Origin: a virus
Taxonomy: Duplodnaviria; Caudoviricetes
IMG/VR virus record: IMGVR_UViG_3300046167_000749
Coordinates: 1 to 63,523 of that record
DNA length: 63,523 bases
Strand: one strand, 5' to 3'
In this document: piece by piece, positions 22,858 through 31,807 of the stretch
Position numbering within the stretch: the stretch's first letter is position 1
Layout of the letters: each line of letters begins with the position of its first letter
The notes under the pieces: generated by a model
What the model saw: only the letters and a program-made list of their open reading frames with translations
Told to the model about the DNA's origin: nothing
Databases searched by the model: none
Made by a program: the position numbers and the translations under genes

Positions 22858-23697
22858 ATGAATATACGGACAATACAATCAACTTATCCAAATGCAATTT
22901 GGTTTGACTCTGCTCATACAGGAACCGAGTCAGGTACATTTGATGAGCCTTACAATACTTTTACCGAAGCATTTACTGCCGTTTCGAGTGGTGGAGTTAT
23001 AGCAGTTAAATCAGGTACTCACCAAGATAACCTCCGTCCCATAGATAAAAGTATTACAATTGTTGGAACAGGGCATGATGCTATTTTAGAAAAAACAAGC
23101 GCAGGTATAAATATATCTGTTGATGTTACTTTTTTGGACTTAGGGTTAAAAACAACTATAGGGGGAACCGGCTCTTATTTTATGAAGTTAGCTATTTCTT
23201 CTCCATCTTTTTTATGTACCATTAAGGGGTGTAAGTGTTTTAATACAAATTCAGCTCTTGATGGTTTTATATCGGGCGATAACAATGCTACAAATTCATT
23301 AGCTGTGTCTAACTCATTTTTCGAACTTCAATGTACAGACGGCAGTGGACGAGGGGCGATTTTGAGATCATGGAACTACGGTTTTTTCGCAGACACTTCG
23401 TTTATTGGTTGCACAATAACATTGATAGGGGGAGATGCTACAAGTTTTTTAGGTCATGGTAAATTTTCCACCTCAACACGGACAGCTAAAAACTGCATAT
23501 TTGTGGGATTCACAGGAAATGAAACTCTTTACTCCAACAGCACAGGGAATATCGTGGACGCAAATAACTGCTACCACAACACAGCACACTCAGGAGGCAC
23601 AAACAATAAATTCGGCGACCCACTATTCGTAGACTCTGCAAATGGAGATTATCGCCTAAGACCGGGATCACCATGTATAGGAGCGGGAACATCTTAA
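22858..23697 (+). CDS. Single-domain beta-helix paralogue of the preceding gene
   Basis: YPNAIWFDSAH...PYNTFTEA ... DPLFVDSANGDYRLRPGSPCI. Confidence 0.7.
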   Translation: MNIRTIQSTYPNAIWFDSAHTGTESGTFDEPYNTFTEAFTAVSSGGVIAVKSGTHQDNLRPIDKSITIVGTGHDAILEKTSAGINISVDVTFLDLGLKTTIGGTGSYFMKLAISSPSFLCTIKGCKCFNTNSALDGFISGDNNATNSLAVSNSFFELQCTDGSGRGAILRSWNYGFFADTSFIGCTITLIGGDATSFLGHGKFSTSTRTAKNCIFVGFTGNETLYSNSTGNIVDANNCYHNTAHSGGTNNKFGDPLFVDSANGDYRLRPGSPCIGAGTS

Positions 23698-23892
23698 ATG
23701 CAAAAGCTACACAATAAAGATTTCAAAATCGCATTCAAGACGGGCTCGGACGCAAACAAGTCCAAGTTTGCAAAAGAGTGTGTTAAAGGGGAATTATATG
23801 TATCTGATAACTCTTTATATATTGCCGAGAGTAGTGCTGGTGCAAATGATTCTGCACTAAGTAAATACCAAGGAACGATTGTAACACCATGA
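23698..23892 (+). CDS. 64-aa protein consisting only of the KLHNKDF N-terminal module
   Basis: Paralogous to the N-termini of the next two genes. Confidence 0.65.
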   Translation: MQKLHNKDFKIAFKTGSDANKSKFAKECVKGELYVSDNSLYIAESSAGANDSALSKYQGTIVTP

Positions 23893-24863
23893 AAAAGTTA
23901 CATAATAAGGATTTTAGCATAGCCGTTAAGACGGGGACGGATGCTAATAAGACGAAGTTCGCCAAAGAAGCATTTAAAGGTGAGGCATACTACGCAACCG
24001 ATTCTGAGAATTTATATTTTGCGCAATCTACCGCGGGAGCAAGTGATGCAACATTAATGAAGATTGAGCCTAGCGCATTATCTTTTCAAAATAACTATAG
24101 TGTATCGCTAGACGGAACAGACGATCTTATAGAAACAAACTACAGACCAGCAAGTCTGTCCCTATCTACAATTAGTTGGTGTTTTTGGATAAAAAATGCA
24201 AACGGCATAGGACATCCAAATTCTACGGGAGCATTGGGATACGTATATGGAACTACATCGGGTGCTTACATATATGGTCCAACTTGTCTTACAACAGGAA
24301 ATAATGGAAATAGTATTCTTGTAGCTTGGGGCGGATACAACTCAGGCTGGAACTCAACTGAATTTGGGGGAGTAGGTGGTGCATTAGACATTCTTGATGG
24401 TGAATGGCATCATTTTGCAATTACTATTAATGGAACAAGTATAAAAATTTACAAAGATGGTGGAGACGCTGCTATTAATAGTAGTAACCCTACAAATAAT
24501 CAAGGCACACCATTTGGAACCAAAACAGCAACTTCTGCTTTAGGTACTGGTGCAAGTTATAGCACATCTCATTATTTCACAATAGGTGGTTATAATGACG
24601 CGTCTAATGACTCGCTTGCATATAGATTTTCCGGTGGCATTGATGAATTTGCATCATGGGAACGCGAACTAAGTGGTAGTGAAATATCTAAAATTTATAA
24701 TAACGGTGTTCCCGGTAAATATATAAATTCAATAAATCCACACCTTTACTATAGAATGGGTGACAATAATGGTGGAGTGGGCACTACAATCACAGATCAA
24801 GGAAGCGGTGGTAACAATGGAACTCTCGTTAACGGACCAACCTTTTCTACAGATACACCATGA
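23889..24863 (+). CDS. KLHNKDF module + LamG/ConA-like lectin domain
   Basis: LDGTDD, DGEWHHFAIT, GGIDEFASW and YYRMGD LamG motifs. Confidence 0.8.
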   Translation: MKKLHNKDFSIAVKTGTDANKTKFAKEAFKGEAYYATDSENLYFAQSTAGASDATLMKIEPSALSFQNNYSVSLDGTDDLIETNYRPASLSLSTISWCFWIKNANGIGHPNSTGALGYVYGTTSGAYIYGPTCLTTGNNGNSILVAWGGYNSGWNSTEFGGVGGALDILDGEWHHFAITINGTSIKIYKDGGDAAINSSNPTNNQGTPFGTKTATSALGTGASYSTSHYFTIGGYNDASNDSLAYRFSGGIDEFASWERELSGSEISKIYNNGVPGKYINSINPHLYYRMGDNNGGVGTTITDQGSGGNNGTLVNGPTFSTDTP

Positions 24864-25678
24864 ATAAGCTACATAGAAAAGATTTTAGTATCGCTGTTAA
24901 GAAAGGCACGGACGCAAACAAGTCAAAGTTTGCTAAGGAAGCCGTGTTGGGTGAAATGTATTACGCTACAGACACGGGCTCTTTATATGTGGCAAATAAT
25001 AATGCTGGATCAAGTGATGCATTGTTAACAAAATATGAAGCGATAAATTATGCCATAGATTTTGACGGAACAGATGATCGTGTCGAGTTCGCAGATATGT
25101 CATTTTTAAATTCAGCTACTGCTTTTTCAATATCGCTGTGGGTTAAGTCTTCATCAACAGGTACAACAATGATGATGTTTCAATCAGGCTCTGACACTTT
25201 TGGAAATTCAATAGGTTTCTACAGAGGTAGTGCAGGTATTGTTGATTTTCTAATAGGAATAGGTGGTACAAGTGCATCATATATTCGCTATAGTTCCGAA
25301 ATTTTTGATGGAACATGGAAACACTTAGTCGCTACATATGATGGTAGTGCGCAAATTCTTTACATAGATGGATCACCCGTTTCAACTACTAAGATTGGCT
25401 CAAACGTTCCAACCTCAACGGTGTCAACAGCAGGTACCTCTCCCCATATTGCATCAAATATTAGTAATAGTTTGAATGTGCACGGTAAAATAGATGACTT
25501 TGCAATTTTTAATTCAGCACTAACCGCGGGAGAAGTGGCTAGTATTTATAGTAATAGCATATATGACCAATCAAAATTAGTTCACTTTTATAAATTTGAA
25601 AATAACTATAATGATTCCAAGGGTAGCTTGAATGGTACTCCGCAAGGTAACCCAACCTTTACAACAGATACACCATAA
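24860..25678 (+). CDS. KLHRKDF module + LamG/ConA-like lectin domain
   Basis: FDGTDD, WKHLVATYDG and GKIDDFAIFNSAL motifs. Confidence 0.8.
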   Translation: MNKLHRKDFSIAVKKGTDANKSKFAKEAVLGEMYYATDTGSLYVANNNAGSSDALLTKYEAINYAIDFDGTDDRVEFADMSFLNSATAFSISLWVKSSSTGTTMMMFQSGSDTFGNSIGFYRGSAGIVDFLIGIGGTSASYIRYSSEIFDGTWKHLVATYDGSAQILYIDGSPVSTTKIGSNVPTSTVSTAGTSPHIASNISNSLNVHGKIDDFAIFNSALTAGEVASIYSNSIYDQSKLVHFYKFENNYNDSKGSLNGTPQGNPTFTTDTP

Positions 25679-25680
25679 TT

Positions 25681-25908
25681 ATGAGCAGAAAATACGTAAT
25701 AATAGACAAGTCCGAAGTTTCTTCGGTAAATTTCAATGAAGTCATGGAAACCTCAGCTGATACTTTGAGGTACTCGGTAGACGAATCCAAAACTTTTGTT
25801 AAGTACGAGGGTGAGCAACCATCTTTTCTATCTGGTAAAACAGAGAACTCACATTCTGAGATCCTGGAGATACTAGGCACAGAAGAGTGGTCTCCACCTA
25901 TAGAGTAA
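25681..25908 (+). CDS. Small conserved phage protein following LamG fibre genes
   Basis: 75 aa, VNFNEVMETSADTLRYSVD..KTFVKYEG..P. Confidence 0.65.
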   Translation: MSRKYVIIDKSEVSSVNFNEVMETSADTLRYSVDESKTFVKYEGEQPSFLSGKTENSHSEILEILGTEEWSPPIE

Positions 25909-25965
25909 TTGACACTTAATGTAACACGAACTAAATTGTAACAATGGCACAGGGAAATGTAACAC
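25909..25965 (+). promoter_or_regulatory. Near-consensus promoter, likely leaderless, with three TGTAACA boxes
   Basis: TTGACA (25909-25914), 17 nt, TAAATT (25932-25937); ATG at 25944; boxes at 25920, 25937 and 25958. Confidence 0.7.
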
Positions 25966-27813
25966 AAGCTAGCGGGACACTCGTATACAACAAGTAATAC
26001 GGGTTTAAAATATCGTACCACCAATTCGGGCAATCCATTAGCGCATAATGATGTTGATGCTAATTTTGAGTTACTAAGGGCAGCTGTTAATGGAATTGTA
26101 AGTGACATAGATGGAGTAGTTGATAAAAATGTACTAACAAATGTTCCAGCAGGAGCGGTATTTACAGACACGGTTTACGCACTACCGGCGGCAACCGCAT
26201 CAACACTCGGTGGAATTAAAGTGGGGGCAAACTTATCTGTTGACTCAGCAGGCACACTTCAAGGAGCGCCTACATACACTCATCCTAACCACACGGGGGA
26301 TGTTACTTCTTCGGGCGATGGCGCAACTGTAATTACTGACGGAGCAGTAACGGCTGCTAAGATTGCAACTGGGGCAATTACGGGTGCCAAGATCGCAACT
26401 GGGGCAATAACTTCAACTCAATTATCATCAAGTGTATCTACTCAACTAAAGGTAGCAAAAACAGTATTTGTGCATGTAGGTAATTACTACAAAAATAGCA
26501 CAAAATATTGGGCTAGTGATTTATTTAACTACAACACTACAACAGGAAGATACGATGCACGGGAGACTATAGTTCTTCCATATAACCATTCGGAAGTGCC
26601 TATGGCGTGGGGAGGTTACCACACTGACTCTGATGCAGCTATTATAACAGAACCATTTGCGACAGTTACTGCCGCGGCAAGATATGTAATACATAATCAT
26701 GGAAGTGGCTGTGCGATTGCTATTATCGTGCATGGTCATGTGTCATGGTATGGGAGTTATGATACAACGGGAAACGAGATAATTGATTTACATCAATGGG
26801 AAGCCGTGGAAAAATTAGCTATTTGCGGCGGCAGATCCGATGACACATCGGGCTCACATTATTCAACATTTTTATCAAATGGATTTTCTTCTGCCAGAAT
26901 AGATGTATCTCATTTCTCCACTTCACATATTTATGCCCCAGGCTGTTGGCTGAGGGGTGCTAGATTCCTCGTAGAGGGTATTTGTTTTACGCATAAGCAT
27001 GCAACTGACGCTCGCAGGCATTTAAGGGGATTCAAGGTTGGTGGAGAGGGGAGAATGTTTCATGCAGCTACAAGTGTTAGAATGAATGCTCTTAACCAAA
27101 ACTCTTCACTTAATGATTACTTTTACCCTTGGGAGTTTGGGGAGGGCGGTGGTGTCTACTTCTCGTCAGGAAATAATAATCCGCATGAATTTTGGACACA
27201 GGGCAATATGACGATATTTCAAGCCAATGGTGCGTATATATTGTATTCTAATAATGCCGACAGTAATCAAGTTTACCTACACAATGTAAGCTCTGGTGCT
27301 AGTATTCGTATGTTTGAATGCGCGGGTAAAGCTGATATTCACTACAAACATTCATCTGTACAATTAAAAACAGGAACAAATGTACCCGCTACAAATATAA
27401 ATACTGCTGGCTTTTTTCATGCCTTTAATAATTTAAATTTAACAAGATGGGGAAGTACCCCGTTATATTTACCAGGTAATTTACAAACTGCAGTTACCCA
27501 ATTGGGTAATTCATCGAATGGTACATCTACACAAATAAACACCGCAAATACAGGTGGTAATTTTAACTACTCTGAGGTTGCATTAGGAAGTGCTCGCACA
27601 AATTATTTAGCCACCACCACGCCAAGTTATTATGGAACATCATATCCGAATAACACTTTATTCGGAAAATTTACCACCCAAGCGAATAATAGTTCATTAA
27701 GTAAAAGTACATTGGTGGGGGATGGCTCAACGCAAAATTTTAAAAGCGCTCCAACAACAAGAACTGGGACAGGGGGAACGAGTAGTGCTAGTGCTCCATA
27801 CTCAGATCAATGA
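25944..27813 (+). CDS. Tail fibre/spike protein (true start 25944; extra G near 25975)
   Basis: The repaired frame gives LKYRTTNSGNPLAHNDVDANFELL..., joined to ORF 26221-27813 (LGGIKVG, HTGDVTSSGDG, AVTAAKIA repeats). Confidence 0.7.
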
Positions 27814-27819
27814 TCCTCA

Positions 27820-29640
27820 ATGAATGAACTCCAAAAAGCAGCAAAGCTCCTTAATTCAAATGCTCCCGTAGATGGTGTATTTGGGCAAGAGCGCATAGCT
27901 TATTTAAATCCTCTCGAAGAGGAGGTTTTAAAATCTATTGGAGGGTCAGGTGCTACAATTATTCCGGGTGTTAAAGAACAGCAAGACCCTAATGTACCGT
28001 CTTATGGACTATTTAAATGGTTCAAAAAGAAGGTTATGGATGATGTTCTTGGCATTGATGACAACAAGACATTCGGGATAAAGCATAAGACCTTTCTGGG
28101 TAAGGGGCTCGGTAAAGTAAGGGACGATATCCTCGGAATAGACTCAACTAAGACTTTCGGGATAAGTGATGCAACATGGGATGATTTGGCAAAGTATGGT
28201 GCTCGGGCAGTTGGGGGACCTTTAGGGCAACTTGCATGGACTGTGGGCGATAAAATTGTAGAAAATAATTCAGGAGATACAAGTGGTAGGCAGTCGCAAA
28301 GAGAGGCTATGGCACGAAATGCAGAAGCCGCAGTAACAGCAAGACGAGGAGTAGAAAATATGACAGAAGCAGATATTGCAAATAATAGAGCCTTAGCAGG
28401 CACATTAACATCACGTGGTAAAGCTGGAATTATAGATCCATCTGACACTGCCAAGATTACAAATCTTTTAGCCTCACCGGGTGATGCTGAATACATCGAT
28501 GGTTTTTCAGTTGGCGGTCAAGACCTTGACCCATTTCCAGATTGGCTTCGGGGTACGGGTGATACAATTAATGAAGGAATTGAAGGCGTAGGCACTAACT
28601 TTGGTGATATGGTAGGTAGCTCTGAAGAGCTAATGCAGGACTACAAAGACAATGTTTATGGCAAACTTAAGGATATGTCTCAAGGTGCACTTGATACTGC
28701 AGGGTCAATTTATGATCCAAATGGTGTAGAATCTGAGTATCGAGGATTTCAAGATCAATTTAGGGGCTTAGCTGATCGGCAAAAAGAATTAAACACGAGG
28801 ACAGCTCTATCTAACCAAGGCTTTGTAGATGATGTATTGGGTGAAGGCGATAGATACGCTGACGCACTTAGAAACTCAATTAACAGTCAGGTAGACTATA
28901 CCAATAGAAGTTTTGATGCCTTGCAAGATGGTCGTGTTACAGGTGGAATGGCTCAAGCCGCCGCCGAGCGAGCAGCGGCAACACAAGAAGCATCTAATAA
29001 TCGAAGGCTTTTAAATAGAATGGGCGGTGGTGGAACTGGTCAGGATATGGCAAGCAGAATGATTTCAGCACAACGAGGTGCAGATCAAGCAGGATCTCTT
29101 GCATCAATGCTTCGGGAAGGTAGTGAGATAGAAGCTGCGCGTAACGAAAGATTGGCAGAGGTGAACCCTGCACTTGCAGAAGTTTATGGCTCGCAAGCAA
29201 ACTTACAGAACAGGCTTAGGGCTTTAGATTATGGTGATCAAACTCTTATGGGAGAGGGTAGCAACTTGGGTATTGATCAAGCAGTACTTGATGATGACCG
29301 AAATTTAACAGACTCGCTTATAAACATGAGATTGAGTAACACGGGGCTTATTGATTCGCTAGGTGGTCAAGCAGCTGCACTACCAGGTAAAATTGCAGAC
29401 GCGGGTCTTGATCCATTAGGAGGGTTAATACGAACAGCATCTCCATATACATCAACCGGATTACTTCCTACGCCCGTCACACAATATAATCCTGCTCCTA
29501 CAAGTGGAGGAGGTGGATTTAGCTGGCAAAATACTCTGAGCAATCTTCCGCAAATTGTAAGTGGAGCTAGATCAATATTCGGAGGAGGTAATAATGATAA
29601 TGATAATAGACCATTTACTGACCCAACTCGACCAGCATGA
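27820..29640 (+). CDS. Putative DNA ejection/internal virion protein
   Basis: 606 aa, A/G/Q-rich helical; ERIAYLNPLEEEVLKSIGGSG motif; position after the tail genes. Confidence 0.6.
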   Translation: MNELQKAAKLLNSNAPVDGVFGQERIAYLNPLEEEVLKSIGGSGATIIPGVKEQQDPNVPSYGLFKWFKKKVMDDVLGIDDNKTFGIKHKTFLGKGLGKVRDDILGIDSTKTFGISDATWDDLAKYGARAVGGPLGQLAWTVGDKIVENNSGDTSGRQSQREAMARNAEAAVTARRGVENMTEADIANNRALAGTLTSRGKAGIIDPSDTAKITNLLASPGDAEYIDGFSVGGQDLDPFPDWLRGTGDTINEGIEGVGTNFGDMVGSSEELMQDYKDNVYGKLKDMSQGALDTAGSIYDPNGVESEYRGFQDQFRGLADRQKELNTRTALSNQGFVDDVLGEGDRYADALRNSINSQVDYTNRSFDALQDGRVTGGMAQAAAERAAATQEASNNRRLLNRMGGGGTGQDMASRMISAQRGADQAGSLASMLREGSEIEAARNERLAEVNPALAEVYGSQANLQNRLRALDYGDQTLMGEGSNLGIDQAVLDDDRNLTDSLINMRLSNTGLIDSLGGQAAALPGKIADAGLDPLGGLIRTASPYTSTGLLPTPVTQYNPAPTSGGGGFSWQNTLSNLPQIVSGARSIFGGGNNDNDNRPFTDPTRPA

Positions 29641-31268
29641 TAAATCCACTACAAGCAATGCAAGCCGCACGGGCTTCAAACCAAAATAGAGCGTCTGCAA
29701 TACAACCAACGGGTGCGGTAAATCAGTCTCAAAACTTACAAAGACAACAGTTAAACACGGGTCAAATTGGGACACGTATGGATGGTCCAACGCCACAAAT
29801 GCTTGCCGTTGATCCAAATATGTATGCAGATCGCAAGCAACAAAGAGACTTTACTGCACTTAATCAAGAGCGACAAAGACAACAAGCTGTTGATCTTAAT
29901 GCTTTGCAGAATCAGCAAGCAATTGCTAGGGAAGAAACTAGGTACAAGAATGCATTAGACACTGCAAAACAAACAAATCAACTTAACAGGCAAACCCTAC
30001 TTGATGCAGAAAATCGTGCACTAATAGCAAAAGATCGAGAAAACAAAGATAAACTTGAACAGGCTAAAGCTTTGCAGATTTTAAAAGATGATCAATTTGC
30101 TGATTTAAGAGAACCTGCAGGTAGAATTTTTCAGCGAAAGAATGCATGGGATCAGGGAAAAGGGCTAGAGTATCAACAGGAAACATACTCTGAGTTGCTT
30201 AATCAACAAGCATATGCACTAGGTGATCCTGCTATTAGACAAGCATGGGTAGATGAGCAAAATAAAAAGCTCGGACCAAATCAAACAAGTAGATTTTCAG
30301 GGAAAGAACTAAAGGTAGGTTCACCCGAATATACAAGCACTGCGATGAGGTTACTCAGGAGTAATCCAAATTTTGCTACAATCGAAGCAAAAGCTCAAAA
30401 GGATGCATCAGCGGCAACATATGCACAGGGTAAACAAATAAACGATTCCTTCAATGCAACTTTAGCAAGTATAACCAAATTGGGATACTCGCCTAGTTTA
30501 AATAATGCAGTTCAGCCACAGTTCCCTGTCAATGTAGATAGAGACTCAGGACTTCTTGTTCCACCGATAAACCCTATAATAGACAAGACTGACCCTAACA
30601 ACACTAACTTAATCTTAAATAATCCAGACGGTACGCCAGGAGCTATCCCTGGAGCAATAAGTGAATTTATAGATAATACAACCTCAACAGATGTGGCAAA
30701 AGTTGGTGGTGGGGTTTTAGCTACTAAATTAATAACAGACGAAATTTCCAAAACAAGTGCTGATAAAATTGGGAAAAATATTTCTGCAGACATTAAAGAA
30801 AAGTATCCAAATGCTAAAAACATGAGGTCGCTTAAAATAGAAGTCTTTAAAGATGCTCAATCGCGATACGCTCCAGACTTAAAGATGTCTGATGATGATA
30901 TTGCTAAAATGAATGTAGATGACATGCGGAAGAAACTTGCTGCTAATCAAAAAGGATGGGCAAGTAGAATGGTAAAAAAAGGGTTCAGTTCATTTAAGGA
31001 CTCAAAGGGAAATGCTAGAATGCCCGACGGATTAAAAAAGTCTCTAAAGATTGGTGCATACGGAACAGCTTTTATAGCTGGTTTGGAGTGGTTGGATTCA
31101 AGGGAGTATACCCCGGCTCAAGTAGAAGAAGGTAAAAAGGAAGCTGCGGAATTTAATGCTACTCAATCAGCGATAGTTCAAATTATTAATGATGAGGTTC
31201 TTGCGGATCAAGAAATTAACGCAACACTTAATTCCGAAGGGGGTGCTAACCCACTAACACCCCGTTGA
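29637..31268 (+). CDS. Putative internal virion (ejection) protein
   Basis: 543 aa, Q/A-rich coiled coil, translationally coupled. Confidence 0.55.
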   Translation: MINPLQAMQAARASNQNRASAIQPTGAVNQSQNLQRQQLNTGQIGTRMDGPTPQMLAVDPNMYADRKQQRDFTALNQERQRQQAVDLNALQNQQAIAREETRYKNALDTAKQTNQLNRQTLLDAENRALIAKDRENKDKLEQAKALQILKDDQFADLREPAGRIFQRKNAWDQGKGLEYQQETYSELLNQQAYALGDPAIRQAWVDEQNKKLGPNQTSRFSGKELKVGSPEYTSTAMRLLRSNPNFATIEAKAQKDASAATYAQGKQINDSFNATLASITKLGYSPSLNNAVQPQFPVNVDRDSGLLVPPINPIIDKTDPNNTNLILNNPDGTPGAIPGAISEFIDNTTSTDVAKVGGGVLATKLITDEISKTSADKIGKNISADIKEKYPNAKNMRSLKIEVFKDAQSRYAPDLKMSDDDIAKMNVDDMRKKLAANQKGWASRMVKKGFSSFKDSKGNARMPDGLKKSLKIGAYGTAFIAGLEWLDSREYTPAQVEEGKKEAAEFNATQSAIVQIINDEVLADQEINATLNSEGGANPLTPR

Positions 31269-31807
31269 TGACAAGGGAGGAAAAGCTTCGGAGACTTGAG
31301 GAAATTAAGTCTATGCCCGCTGGCAAAAAAAAAGATTTGGCTATAAAAGATCTAAGAAAACATTTATACCTTAAGTTAGAGTCTTTCGATCCTGTTCAAT
31401 ATCAGATTCCGACAGATGACCGAACAAGCATTGAAACAAGCATGGTTCAGGAGGGGATTAACTCAACTCCTGGCGCATTAGCTCTTGGTACTGCAATGGC
31501 ACCATTGGGAGTGCCCGGAATGGTTGCTGGATCAATTGTCGGTGGTATGGCTTCTTCTCAAGCACTTAGCCCAATAACATCGAGGTATGTAAATAGAGAT
31601 ACAGTTGAGGGATTTAAAGAAGGTGGAGTGGATGGTTTTCATGATGCACTAAATGGTAGAGTTTTTAATCCTGAGACAGGGCAAATGGAAGTGCCCCCGA
31701 ATCGAATATCCCGTGGATGGGGAAAGGCTGAATCAATTTCAAAGCCAGTTAAAAAAGGCACACCAATAAATGCCACGCAAGCGATGCTTGAGGCAGGAAT
31801 AAAATGA
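31265..31807 (+). CDS. Hypothetical protein with glycine-zipper hydrophobic segment
   Basis: ALALGTAMAPLGVPGMVAGSIVGG. Confidence 0.55.
   Translation: MMTREEKLRRLEEIKSMPAGKKKDLAIKDLRKHLYLKLESFDPVQYQIPTDDRTSIETSMVQEGINSTPGALALGTAMAPLGVPGMVAGSIVGGMASSQALSPITSRYVNRDTVEGFKEGGVDGFHDALNGRVFNPETGQMEVPPNRISRGWGKAESISKPVKKGTPINATQAMLEAGIK

Noticed and set aside
17403-27813. Diversity-generating retroelement, suggested by the Mtd-like N-terminus and repeats
   Set aside because: No reverse transcriptase ORF, and no TR/VR pair differing only at adenines was seen; the repeats differ at synonymous positions
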